Source: an uncultured Eubacteriales bacterium
GTDB lineage: Bacteria > Bacillota > Clostridia > Saccharofermentanales > Saccharofermentanaceae
Assembly: GCA_900314745.1 (NCBI GenBank)
Contig: OMWK01000005.1
Coordinates: 12,696-76,695 of the forward strand
DNA length: 64,000 nucleotides
Direction: 5' to 3'
Positions within the stretch are counted from its first letter, which is position 1; every line of letters begins with the position of its first letter. Position numbers and translations under genes: made by a program. Shown here one piece after another: positions 1 through 9,206 of the stretch. The notes below the pieces were generated by a model. The model made no database searches. It worked only from the letters and a program-made list of their open reading frames with translations, and had not been told where the DNA came from.

Positions 1-801
1 GGATATGACATTACTGTCGAATGCGTAGATATCAACGGCATCGGCAACGCCGAGATCTCTGACGGCATAGCCAGAACCAAGGCTCATAAGCTCATTAAGG
101 GCCGCAACCGTATTAATGTCCGGGTGCTCCGTAAGAAGCTGCATCGTCCCCTCGTAAGCCGATTCCCTCGTGGATATACAGTTGACGGTATAGATGTCGG
201 TTACTCTTCCCGACTCATTGACAGCGTCACAGAATCCCTGCTCACGCTGCTGGCCGTTCGCGGAATTGATGTCATAATTGACTATGCCGACAGTAAGCGG
301 ACCGGGATTATTCTCCAAAGCCTGTTCACCGGCCATTCTTCCCGCGAGATAATTATCTGTCATGATCCTGCATGACACTTCCTCACAGTTGACATCGCTG
401 TCTATAACTATGACCGGAATACCAGCTTCGATCGCTTCATTTATCGCCTCCGCATTTCCGTTGTAATCGATGGCGGAGAATATGATCGCCTGAGCCTGTC
501 CCATGATGGCAGCCCTTATCATCTCATTCTGCGCCTCGTAATTCTCCTCGCTCGCGGGAGCGACAAAAGTCATGTTCAGGTTATATTCGGAGGCTGCCGC
601 ATGGGCACCGTATGACACACTTCTCCAGAAAGCGGAAACATCTGATTTGCCGATGACAACGATATACGATTTGTCGTCGCCCCTCCTGATATATTCACTG
701 CCGGCATTTCTTCTCACAAGAGTATAGATGCCGATTCCGAGAAGAAGCAGCAGTATCAGCGACATGATGATTATGTACGGGAACTTAATCTTACTTCTCA
801 T
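1..801 (-). CDS. Membrane-anchored sugar-binding protein (RbsB/LacI-like periplasmic binding fold), probable XylFII-type sensor partner; 3' end runs off the window
   Basis: Not in the ORF track. Manual translation from ATG at 801 is open to base 1: MRSKIKFPYIIIMSLILLLLLGIGIYTL (N-terminal TM) then VIGKSDVSAFWRSVSYGAHAAASEY...QAIIFSAIDYN...IPVIVIDSD...TDNYLAGRMAG...QQREQGF. It overlaps the kinase stop by 11 nt. Confidence 0.9.
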   Translation of the reverse strand, partial: MRSKIKFPYIIIMSLILLLLLGIGIYTLVRRNAGSEYIRRGDDKSYIVVIGKSDVSAFWRSVSYGAHAAASEYNLNMTFVAPASEENYEAQNEMIRAAIMGQAQAIIFSAIDYNGNAEAINEAIEAGIPVIVIDSDVNCEEVSCRIMTDNYLAGRMAGEQALENNPGPLTVGIVNYDINSANGQQREQGFCDAVNESGRVTDIYTVNCISTRESAYEGTMQLLTEHPDINTVAALNELMSLGSGYAVRDLGVADAVDIYAFDSNVIS

Positions 802-2451
802 ACTTTCTCTCCTCTGTCACCTTAGGTATCCTTACTGTCACGCATGTTCCCTCATCCAGTTCTGATCTTACGGTGATGCCGTACTTATCTCCAAAATAGA
901 TCTTGATTCTGTCATTGACATTCTTAACACCTATACCGTGATTATCGGTTCCGTCATTGACGAACAGTTCGGCTATCTGCTCCTCGCTCATACCGACGCC
1001 GTTGTCCTCAACCTCCATCACTATGTCATCACCATCTTCACGGATGCGAATCGCAATGTGTCCGTCATCCATCATGTTGAGACCGTGATAGAGAGCATTC
1101 TCGATAAGAGGCTGCAAAGTGATCTTATTGCAGTAATAAGCATTGCAGGATTCCTCCACATCAAACTCATAGTCGAAGTGGTTGGTATAACGGAACTTCT
1201 GGATCTTGAGGTAGCACTCGGCGTGCTGCACCTCCTTTTCGATCGGGATGATCTCCTGCCCGCGGCTTATGCTGATCCTGAAGAGCTTAGCGAGCGAGTT
1301 TACCATGAGAACCGCTTCCTCTGTCTTGCCTTCCTCACACATCCACGAGATGGAATCAAGTGTGTTATACAGGAAGTGCGGATTGATCTGCGCCTGCAGT
1401 GCCTTAAGCTCAGTCTTACGAAGCGTTGTCTCCTCGGCCTTTACCTCCTCCATGAGCTGCTGTATGCGCTTTACGAGGTGCTCGAACGAATCAGACAGGT
1501 CGTTAACTTCAACGGAACCCTCTATAGGCTCGAATACGAAGTCCGCCGCGAAAGATACGAGAACAGGCTTCCGCTTAAGAATGTAAGAAGCACTATGACA
1601 AGGAAGATCAGAACCGAAGCCGTAGCCATGGTCGTAACCCTCTCGGCAACGGTCTCATCGAGGAAAGTAACGCCGACGATCCTCCAGTTGCAGTTATCAA
1701 GCGACCTTACGGTATATATGACTCCGTCAGCGATATGCGAACCATCCTCGAGCTCCAGAAGATTCTCCTCGTCCTCGCTCTTAAGACCCGCATAGATAAG
1801 CTGCTGCTGAGGGTGATAGATGATATTGCCGTCACCGTCGATGATAAAGCAGTATCCGTGCTGTCCAATGCCGATGTCGTCGATATATGTTGCTATCGCG
1901 GAGAACCTTACGTCTATCGCAATCTTCGCGGCATTGCTGAACGTCTCCTCCGCCGTCTTCGTAAGCGTTACTACCCACGGGTAATAATCCTGAAGCACGG
2001 TAACGACGTGCGGAGGCGATATGCTGATCCCGCCGCTCGCGTTCGAAGGAACCGAGAACAGGGACAGATTGGTGTAGATCATCTCCTTGGTATCGTAGTT
2101 GGACCAGATGCCCGTGTTGTTGTTATGCATGTCATATGTAGCAATCATGACTACATCATCACGTATGTTGATAAGGCTCTCGAACAACTCCTCCTGAGAA
2201 TCGGGGTCCTCCACACTGTTCATGTAGAGCTTATCCATTATCTCTGTCATGTCGCGGGTATAGTTGTTTATTGTGAGCGCCACCTGCTCCACAGACTGGC
2301 CGGCGCTGGTTACGGCAGCTTTCTCAAGTGAATCCCTGAACGCGAGGTTAAAGATTATGAGTACGATGATGACCGAGGTAAACACCATGGTCACAACAAC
2401 AAGCGTCATCGCCCTTGAAAGCGATATGGATGACTGTCTTCTCTTCCCCAT
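791..2451 (-). pseudogene. YesM/LytS-type sensor histidine kinase, frameshifted and split into 1522..2451 (TM-Cache-TM) and 791..1453 (His_kinase + HATPase)
   Basis: The N-part has two TM helices around an extracellular domain and stops at TAG 1522-1524. The -1 frame from about 1552 reads FAADFVFEPIEGSVEVNDLSDSFEHLVKRIQQLMEEV (second half of a HAMP) into QAQINPHFLYNTL, LQPLIENALYHG, DNGVGM, GIGVKNV. The first HAMP helix is missing. An assembly error cannot be excluded. Confidence 0.8.
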
Positions 2452-2453
2452 TA

Positions 2454-4064
2454 TCAGACGTCTGCTCCTGTCGCATCTTCTTCGCTCATCTGCTTCTTAT
2501 ACTGGATGGGAGACATTCCGGTCTCCTTCTTGAAGCTGTAGCTGAAATAATGCTGGTCGACATAACCGCACTTCAACGCTACGTCCTTGACCTTAAAAGC
2601 AGGATACTTAAGAAGGGTCACGGCTTCCTCCATCCTCCTCTTGGTAAGCAGCTCAATGAATGTGCTTCCCGTCTCTCTTCTTACGAGAGCGCTTAAGTAA
2701 TTTGGGCTCACCGCGATCTCACGGCTTACGCTCACAAGCGAGATATCCGGATTCGAGAATTCCCTGTTTATGTACTCGAGAGCAAGTTCGCAGTGTCTTG
2801 AACCGGACTTCCTGCACTGATCCTTAACAAGCTCCGCCGCACTTACGCACAGCTTCCTGCAGTAATCCCTGATATTAGAGATGTTGCCGTAAAGATCCGT
2901 CATCTGAAGCGGGCACTCTGCCTGAAGTCTGTCGGTATGCTCCTTGTCCACAACGGAATACAGTATCTTGTACACGGATGAGGTAAGGTTCGGCACTATG
3001 AAGTTCGCGGTAAGCTTATACTTGCTCACGTTGTCAAGCGAGTCGAAAAGCCTGTCACATGTCTCTTCAGCTTCCTTTATGAGTCCGCCTCTGACATACC
3101 TCTCCTCCATCGCAACGAAGTCCTCGAATCTCTCTATGTCAGAGAAGAAATCATTCTCCACATCGGAAATGTATCTGATGCTGCCGGACGCATCATTATC
3201 GTAAGAAAGCGCATTCATGGCCTCCACATAGAGCTCGTGCAGGTTAACGATGTCGTCGCCGATCCTGCTTATGCCGATGAATGACCTTAAGTTCATGATC
3301 CTGTCGACGCTCTGGCTTATATCCTCAACCGCGATATGGAGGTACTTCTCGAGAGTTCTTCTCGTTCCGTACAAAAGCGTAACCACACGCCCGTCCATAT
3401 AGAAACTCACGTGCTTCATGTACTTGTCGAGGATGAGGTCCAGAGAATTGATGCAGGCCTTGGATGTCACATTCAATCCGTTCTTATCGCATATGCCGAT
3501 AACCATTACACAATAGGATATCTCTGTTCCCGGCTCCAGAAGCCCCTGCCTTGATGCTTCACTTATGATGTTGCCGCGGTTGTTGACCGAATCGGCATGC
3601 TGGAAACCGTCAAGAAGAAGCGGAACAACAAATGACAATGTATCGAGATGCTCCTTAGCTTCGTTATTCGAACGGAACTGCTCGAACTTCTTGTCGATTA
3701 TCTTCCTTATCTTAATGAGTTCGGAACTTAATTCATCAGCTGAAATGGGCTTAAGAAGGTAGCTGATGATGTTGTACTGGATAGCCTGCTTGGCGTATTC
3801 AAAGACCTCGTATCCCGTCAGGAACACTATCTGCGTGGAAGGCCTTACCTCGCGGACCTGCCTCGCGAGCTCGATTCCGCCTATGAAAGGCATCATGATA
3901 TCCGTCAGAAGAAGGTCCGGACAAAGTTTCTCCATAAGATCAAGAGCCTCGGCTCCGTTGCTTGCCTCACCGACAAGTTCGAATCCCAGGCTGTTCCAGT
4001 CTATCTTCCTGACTAACGCTCTTCTGATCCCTTCTTCGTCATCCGCAACTATTACGGTATACAT
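2454..4064 (-). CDS. YesN-type response regulator (REC + AraC HTH), 536 aa
   Basis: REC motifs VIVADDE, LLLTDIMMP, LTGY, YLLKPI; C-terminal AraC HTH YLSALVRRETG...VALKCGYVDQHYFSYSFKK; RBS GAAGGAGG. Confidence 0.93.
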   Translation of the reverse strand: MYTVIVADDEEGIRRALVRKIDWNSLGFELVGEASNGAEALDLMEKLCPDLLLTDIMMPFIGGIELARQVREVRPSTQIVFLTGYEVFEYAKQAIQYNIISYLLKPISADELSSELIKIRKIIDKKFEQFRSNNEAKEHLDTLSFVVPLLLDGFQHADSVNNRGNIISEASRQGLLEPGTEISYCVMVIGICDKNGLNVTSKACINSLDLILDKYMKHVSFYMDGRVVTLLYGTRRTLEKYLHIAVEDISQSVDRIMNLRSFIGISRIGDDIVNLHELYVEAMNALSYDNDASGSIRYISDVENDFFSDIERFEDFVAMEERYVRGGLIKEAEETCDRLFDSLDNVSKYKLTANFIVPNLTSSVYKILYSVVDKEHTDRLQAECPLQMTDLYGNISNIRDYCRKLCVSAAELVKDQCRKSGSRHCELALEYINREFSNPDISLVSVSREIAVSPNYLSALVRRETGSTFIELLTKRRMEEAVTLLKYPAFKVKDVALKCGYVDQHYFSYSFKKETGMSPIQYKKQMSEEDATGADV

Positions 4065-4092
4065 GGAAGCCCTCCTTCAGACACTAAATTAT

Positions 4093-4122
4093 ATTATAAA
4101 AGATCAAAACTGTCGCATGCAA
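4093..4122 (-). promoter_or_regulatory. Putative sigma-A promoter of the RR-HK-SBP operon
   Basis: Minus strand reads TTGCAT-18 nt-TATAAT upstream of the RR RBS. Confidence 0.5.
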
Positions 4123-4137
4123 AAACTGCATACGACA
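4111..4137 (-). terminator. Probable intrinsic terminator of the ABC operon, overlapping the -35 of the RR promoter
   Basis: Minus strand TGTCGTATGCA-GTTTT-TGCATGCGACA forms an 11-bp stem with one G-U pair, followed by GTTTTGATCTTTT. Confidence 0.6.
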
Positions 4138-4173
4138 ATTCTGATGTTGGGGAGGTTATATATCAGGAAAGAA

Positions 4174-5421
4174 TTATTTCTTTCTTGATTTAACATCAAA
4201 TGCGACTGCGATGATGAATATTATTCCCTTAACGATGTACTGATAGGAGATATCAATACTCATGAGGTTCATGCCGTTTGTGAGGGACATGATAACAAAT
4301 GTGCCGATGATGGCGTTTGTTACCTTACCTATGCCGCCGCTTACGGCCGTGCCTCCGATGTAAGAAGATGCGATGGCATCCATCTCAAAAGCAAGTCCTG
4401 CCGTAGGTGTTGCAGAAGACAGTCTCGATGTGTAGAGGAAGCCTGCAACTGCAGCAAGTACCGACATTGAGCAGAAAGCGAAAAGTGTAACTTTCTTAAC
4501 GTCTACGCCGGAGAGCTCAGCAGCCTGATCGTTGCCTCCGATGCCGTAGATGTGACGGCCAAGCTTAGTCTTGGAGAGCATGAAAGCATATCCTGCGAGA
4601 ATGACGCCTACTATGCAGGCACTGATCGGGATACCCTTGTTGATGGCGAGCATCCATGCTGCGAAGAGGATTACGACCGATACTGCAATGCATCCGGTGA
4701 TGAAGATAGAGAGCGAAACTACGGGAAAATCATACTTTTCCTTATTTCTTCTGCTTCTTACCTGGAACCATACAAAAGCTGCGACTGCGATGCATGCGAT
4801 AATCATGGTGACGATGTGAACACCTGTGGTGTTGCCCGGAATGTCGGGAATGAAGCCCTGGCACATTGCCTTGAATGTCTCGTCAGTAACAATGATCGTA
4901 CCAGACTTTGCAAGGGACCTTGTGAGAAGTCCTCTGAAGATGAACATGCCCGCGAGAGTAGTTATGAATGCGGGGATTCCGAATTTTGTTACCAGTGTTC
5001 CCTGATAGAAACCGATCGCAAGGCCCATGAGAAGAACTGCAAGCATTGCGATCCAGACGTTTACGCCCATCTTCTCCATCATTATCGCCGCCACGGCACC
5101 GGAAAGGCCGGCTACATATCCGCACGACAGGTCGATGTGCTTAAGGATCAATATGAGTGTCATTCCTATGGCGAGCACAGCTACGTATGCCGCCTGGTTA
5201 AAAAGATTCGTTATATTCTGTGCCGTAAAGAACTTGCCGTCTGTCCAGATCTGGAATACAAGCATGATTACTACGAGCGCAAAATACATCATATAGCTCG
5301 TGGCATTTGTCTTAATGAGCGTAATAAGCTCCTTAAACGCTGCCATTGTCTTGCCGCCGGAGCGGCTCTCGTCATCGTATCCAAGAGCGATATCCGCTGC
5401 TGTTGATTGCGATTTGCCCAT
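4174..5421 (-). CDS. gguB: Monosaccharide ABC transporter permease (GguB/XylH family)
   Basis: Multi-TM; motifs IDLSCG, GIPAFITTLAGM, GRHIYGIGGNDQAAELSG, FEMDAIAS, GGIGKV; RBS AGGAGG. Confidence 0.9.
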   Translation of the reverse strand: MGKSQSTAADIALGYDDESRSGGKTMAAFKELITLIKTNATSYMMYFALVVIMLVFQIWTDGKFFTAQNITNLFNQAAYVAVLAIGMTLILILKHIDLSCGYVAGLSGAVAAIMMEKMGVNVWIAMLAVLLMGLAIGFYQGTLVTKFGIPAFITTLAGMFIFRGLLTRSLAKSGTIIVTDETFKAMCQGFIPDIPGNTTGVHIVTMIIACIAVAAFVWFQVRSRRNKEKYDFPVVSLSIFITGCIAVSVVILFAAWMLAINKGIPISACIVGVILAGYAFMLSKTKLGRHIYGIGGNDQAAELSGVDVKKVTLFAFCSMSVLAAVAGFLYTSRLSSATPTAGLAFEMDAIASSYIGGTAVSGGIGKVTNAIIGTFVIMSLTNGMNLMSIDISYQYIVKGIIFIIAVAFDVKSRKK

Positions 5422-5439
5422 TGTTTTCCCTCCTAATTC

Positions 5440-6969
5440 TTATGCACTAATGGCCATCTTCATGACCTTCTCTTCAGTTGCTTCCTCTATCGGCAATTCA
5501 CCGGTGATCCTTCCCTCGCTCATGACATAGAGTCTGTCAGACATGCCCAGGACTTCGGGAAGTTCAGATGAGATCATGATTATGCTCATTCCCTGAGCGA
5601 CAAGTTCATTCATTATCGAGTAGATCTCATACTTGGCACCGACATCGATTCCTCTCGTAGGCTCATCCAGGATAAGGACCTTAGGATGCGAGAACAGCCA
5701 TTTGGCTATCTGCACCTTCTGCTGGTTTCCTCCGGAGAGATTGCCGACCTTCTGGGCTACGGTTGGAGTCTTGATATTGATTTCTTTCCTGTACTGATTG
5801 GCGACACCGATCTCTTTGTTATCGTCGATGGAGACTCTCTTGATGAGCTCTTCAAGGTTGGCGATCGAGATGTTGTATCTTACATCCTGTATAAGCACCA
5901 GTCCGTTGCCCTTACGGTCTTCAGACACGTAAGCCAGACCTTTCTTGATAGCCTGCTTCGGAGTCTTGAAGTTAACCCTCTCGCCGTCGATCCAGACATC
6001 ACCTGAAGTTATCTTATATTTGTACGGATTACCGAAGACTGCGAGCGCACATTCCGTTCTGCCCGCACCCATCAATCCCTGAAGACCTACGATCTCGCCT
6101 CTTCTTACGTTGAAGCTTACATCCTTCAGGATCTGCCTTCCTGTAGCGCGGTCCTCTGCGGAGAGATTCCTAACCTCGAACATGATGTCGGAGATGTGCT
6201 TTTCGGTGCGCTTGGGATAGATGTCGTCAATGGTCCTTCCGACCATGTTCTTTATTATGTTAGCCTCAGAGATGTCGTCTGTCGCAGCATCCAGCGAGCA
6301 GATAGTCGAACCGTCCCTCAAGACCGTAATCGTGTCCGCTATGGCAGTTACCTCGCGGAGCTTATGAGAGATCATGATGCAGGTTATCCCCTGCTCCTTA
6401 AGCTCTCTCATGATGTTAAGAAGATTCTCACTGTCATCTTCGTTGAGCGATGAAGTGGGCTCATCGAAGATAAGGAGACTGCAGTTCTTCGAAAGTGCCT
6501 TAGCTATCTCGACCAGCTGCTGCTTACCTGTATTAAGCGTCTTAACTGCAGCTGCGGGATTGACCTTAAGCCTGACCTTCTCAAGATACTTCTGAGCCTG
6601 AATGATCGTCTCATTCCAGTCGATCGAATGATTTCTCATAATCTCGTGGCCCATAAAGATATTCTCATAAACCGACAGTTCCGGGAATAAAGCCAGTTCC
6701 TGATAGATTATGGCAATACCCTTATTCTCGCTGTCCGCAATACTTCTAAACTGCTGTATTTCTCCGTTAAGCACGATATCCCCCGTATATGTTCCGTATT
6801 TCCATACACCGGACAGAACCTTCATCAGCGTGCTTTTACCGGCACCGTTCTCGCCGACAAGGCAGTGGATCTCACCCTTCTTAACCTTAAAATTCACATT
6901 GTTTAAAGCTTTGACCCCCGGAAACTCTTTACATATGTTTCTCATTTCCAGGATATATTCGTCAGACAT
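5440..6969 (-). CDS. gguA: Monosaccharide ABC transporter ATP-binding protein, tandem NBD (GguA/XylG family)
   Basis: Walker A GENGAGKST, IFDEPT, second-domain LSGGNQQK and ILDEPTRGIDVGAK. Confidence 0.93.
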   Translation of the reverse strand: MSDEYILEMRNICKEFPGVKALNNVNFKVKKGEIHCLVGENGAGKSTLMKVLSGVWKYGTYTGDIVLNGEIQQFRSIADSENKGIAIIYQELALFPELSVYENIFMGHEIMRNHSIDWNETIIQAQKYLEKVRLKVNPAAAVKTLNTGKQQLVEIAKALSKNCSLLIFDEPTSSLNEDDSENLLNIMRELKEQGITCIMISHKLREVTAIADTITVLRDGSTICSLDAATDDISEANIIKNMVGRTIDDIYPKRTEKHISDIMFEVRNLSAEDRATGRQILKDVSFNVRRGEIVGLQGLMGAGRTECALAVFGNPYKYKITSGDVWIDGERVNFKTPKQAIKKGLAYVSEDRKGNGLVLIQDVRYNISIANLEELIKRVSIDDNKEIGVANQYRKEINIKTPTVAQKVGNLSGGNQQKVQIAKWLFSHPKVLILDEPTRGIDVGAKYEIYSIMNELVAQGMSIIMISSELPEVLGMSDRLYVMSEGRITGELPIEEATEEKVMKMAISA

Positions 6970-7011
6970 GTGTATTTCCTCTCAGTTTCTTATTGGCTTC
7001 GATTGAAATAA

Positions 7012-7057
7012 GCGGACCGGGAAGTCACATTCTTGGGGGCAATGCTACCCGGTCCGC
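7012..7057 (-). terminator. Intercistronic stem-loop between SBP and ATPase genes (partial terminator or mRNA-stabilising hairpin)
   Basis: Perfect 10-bp GC-rich outer stem GCGGACCGGG/CCCGGTCCGC with inner pairing, followed by only TTATTT on the minus strand. Confidence 0.7.
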
Positions 7058-7098
7058 GCAACCTTATTTTTAGTTCTGATTAATTGATGATCCTGTCA

Positions 7099-8241
7099 TC
7101 ATCCGGGATAGCCTTCAATGTCGGAAGCACTTACATAACCTGCATCGACGGGCTCGTTGATATTGTCGAGTGTGATAACGGTAACCGCTGTCTCATTGGA
7201 AGGAACATCGGATACGCCGTTGTTATAAGTTGTGGATGTGGAAGGTGTTCCGCCGGAAAGGATTGCATTGACCATGTCACATGTTGTGGATGCGAGAGAT
7301 GCAGTATTCTTCCAGATTGTCATGCTCTGAAGACCTGAGCAGATGTAGCCCAAGGAAGCTGTCTCACAGTCCTGACCTGTTACTACGAATGAAGTAACGT
7401 CAGCGTCAGCATTGAACGCATCAGCGATAGCTCTTGCAGTACCGTCATTAGGTGCGAGAATTGCGACATCACCCTTAAGAGAAGCGTCGTTGGCAACGAG
7501 GTTTGCCTCAGCAAGTGACTTAGCTGTATTGAAATCCCAGTTAGTTGTAATAGTACCGAGAATATTGGAGAGTGCCTCGTGATCTGCTGTTACATCGAGA
7601 GTCTGGCCGATATAAGGCTCGATTGCATCGCAATTTGCAACAGTGAACTGACCGTTTGCTACAGCCTCGGAGAGAACTGACCATGCGCCTGCGAAGAAGA
7701 TGAAAGCGTTGTTATCTGTTGTAGCACCGGAGTAAAGATAAAGCGGTACATCTGTCTGACCTGCATAAGCATCGATAAGATACTGTCCCTGCTGAACTCC
7801 TACATCAAAGCTGTTAAATGTTACATAGTAATCAACAGCGTCCGTATCTGTGATAAGTCTGTCGTAGCAGATAACCTCAACGCCTGCAGCGTGAGCAACT
7901 TCAACTGCCTGTGCAGCTGCCGTAGCATCCTGAGCGCAGATAACGAGAACATCGATTCCCTTTTCGATGAGTGACTCTACGTTGGTAAGCTCAGTAGCAG
8001 AGCTGCCCTGTGAGAAAAGAACCTCGGAAGTAAAACCAGCGTCACCCAAAATGGATGTGAAGGAAGCCTCGTCCTGGATCCACCTCGGCTCATCTCTTGT
8101 AGGAAGTACTATACCGACCTGCAGTTCGCCGTCTCCTGTAGCAGCAGCGCCGCCCTCATCCTGGTTGGGCGCAAGTGCACAGCCTGCGAGTGAAGCAGCC
8201 ATAGTAACGCTCAGAACAGTTGAAATAATCTTCTTTTTCAT
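7099..8241 (-). CDS. Sugar ABC transporter substrate-binding lipoprotein (ChvE/XylF-like)
   Basis: Lipobox LAGC; VGIVLPTRDEPRWIQD, VICYDRLI, APNDGTA, VTGQD, QSMTIWK. Confidence 0.9.
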   Translation of the reverse strand: MKKKIISTVLSVTMAASLAGCALAPNQDEGGAAATGDGELQVGIVLPTRDEPRWIQDEASFTSILGDAGFTSEVLFSQGSSATELTNVESLIEKGIDVLVICAQDATAAAQAVEVAHAAGVEVICYDRLITDTDAVDYYVTFNSFDVGVQQGQYLIDAYAGQTDVPLYLYSGATTDNNAFIFFAGAWSVLSEAVANGQFTVANCDAIEPYIGQTLDVTADHEALSNILGTITTNWDFNTAKSLAEANLVANDASLKGDVAILAPNDGTARAIADAFNADADVTSFVVTGQDCETASLGYICSGLQSMTIWKNTASLASTTCDMVNAILSGGTPSTSTTYNNGVSDVPSNETAVTVITLDNINEPVDAGYVSASDIEGYPG

Positions 8242-8411
8242 TACCTCATTCTCCTTTGGTTAAATGATTTACAATCTCTTCGATTGCCTTGTTGGAATGA
8301 GGTTAACAATCTTTACTTTCTGCAAAAATCGAAAGTGTTATCAAGATAGTGAGAAAATTTCCTGTTAATTCCCGAGTAAAAAATCGCACATAAATTATCC
8401 AACAAATAATG

Positions 8412-8443
8412 TTGGAAATCTTATGCTTTGTTTTTGGAAATCT
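8412..8443 (-). promoter_or_regulatory. Direct repeat AGATTTCCAA x2 (22-nt period) upstream of the ABC operon; candidate binding site of the AraC-type RR
   Basis: Forward TTGGAAATCT at 8412-8421 and 8434-8443. A -10-like GATAAT lies 12 nt downstream of the proximal copy on the minus strand. Confidence 0.5.
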
Positions 8444-8501
8444 ACAAATCGGTTCTTAAACGCCTGATCTTGTGTTGTTCATACACGAATTCATCCACAA
8501 A

Positions 8502-8528
8502 AAAGGACACCAAAAGATGGTGTCCTTT
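8502..8528 (-). terminator. Intrinsic terminator of tRNA-Gly
   Basis: AAAGGACACCA-5 nt-TGGTGTCCTTT stem with a T-tract on the minus strand. Confidence 0.8.
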
Positions 8529-8533
8529 ATATC

Positions 8534-8607
8534 TGGAGCGGGTGATGGGAATCGAACCCACGTGGTCAGCTTGGAAGGCTGAAGTTCTACCATTGAACTA
8601 CACCCGC
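8534..8607 (-). tRNA. tRNA-Gly (TCC), CCA encoded
   Basis: GCGGGTGTAGTTCAATGGTAGAACTTCAGCCTTCCAAGCTGACCACGTGGGTTCGATTCCCATCACCCGCTCCA; anticodon loop CTTCCAA. Confidence 0.97.
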
Positions 8608-8622
8608 GTGAAGTGCTTATGT

Positions 8623-8651
8623 ATAATACAACACTGATTTGGAAATGTCCA
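8623..8651 (-). promoter_or_regulatory. Sigma-A promoter of tRNA-Gly
   Basis: TGGACA-17 nt-TATTAT on the minus strand. Confidence 0.65.
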
Positions 8652-8663
8652 ATACTTTTTGAC

Positions 8664-8693
8664 AAAAAAGAACCGCCCTTTACGGACGGTCCT
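8664..8693 (-). terminator. Intrinsic terminator of the SH3 lipoprotein gene
   Basis: Minus strand GGACCGTCC-GTAAA-GGGCGGTTC followed by TTTTTT. Confidence 0.75.
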
Positions 8694-8713
8694 GTCATTA
8701 CTTATTCATTTCC

Positions 8714-9142
8714 TTATGAAGGAGCCTGAGTAAGATAAGTAGCGGAAATATAGAATCCGTCAGATGTCTTATACCATGAAGAATCCGTAACAGCGACGAT
8801 CTGAACCTGCTGATTACGTGTCAGAGTTCCTACGATATCGTACTCTGTTGAAGGTCCCTTCCTTACTCTCAAGAACTCACCCTCGGAAACGGCAGCATAC
8901 ATGATAACCGGAGAATCAAGTACTGTCTCTCCCCATGTTACGGCGATGTCGCTCGACGGAAGAGGTCCCGAATATACAGGAATCGTGGTCGTCGGTGTAG
9001 TTGTAGTCTCGACCGGGATGGGCGTGGGTGTTATATCAACAAAAGATGTCTCAACCGGTGTTTCTTCCTTACCGCAGGCTGCAAAAGCCGCAACTACTGA
9101 TAAAGCACACGCAACTGAAATAATTCTCTTAATATTCTTCAC
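8714..9142 (-). CDS. Small lipoprotein with Thr/Pro-rich linker and C-terminal bacterial SH3 domain
   Basis: Lipobox FAAC, TPTPIPVETTTTPTTT linker, FLRVRKGPSTEYDIVGTL...SSWYKT...FYISATYL; GGAGG RBS before a GTG start. Confidence 0.85.
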   Translation of the reverse strand: MKNIKRIISVACALSVVAAFAACGKEETPVETSFVDITPTPIPVETTTTPTTTIPVYSGPLPSSDIAVTWGETVLDSPVIMYAAVSEGEFLRVRKGPSTEYDIVGTLTRNQQVQIVAVTDSSWYKTSDGFYISATYLTQAPS

Positions 9143-9206
9143 GGTTAAAGCCTCCGTTAATAATCTACCTCTAATTATATACTATTTTTCTATTCTTCAA
9201 ATATTT

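Noticed and set aside
1545-1560. Programmed -1 frameshift or stop-codon recoding restoring the kinase
   Set aside because: No X XXY YYZ slippery heptamer is present. Restoring the frame would still omit the first HAMP helix, and reading through the TAG meets another stop (TAA) in the same frame.
8242-8400. Riboswitch or cre site in the ABC operon leader
   Set aside because: No recognisable aptamer, T-box or terminator/antiterminator, and cre-like matches have several mismatches.
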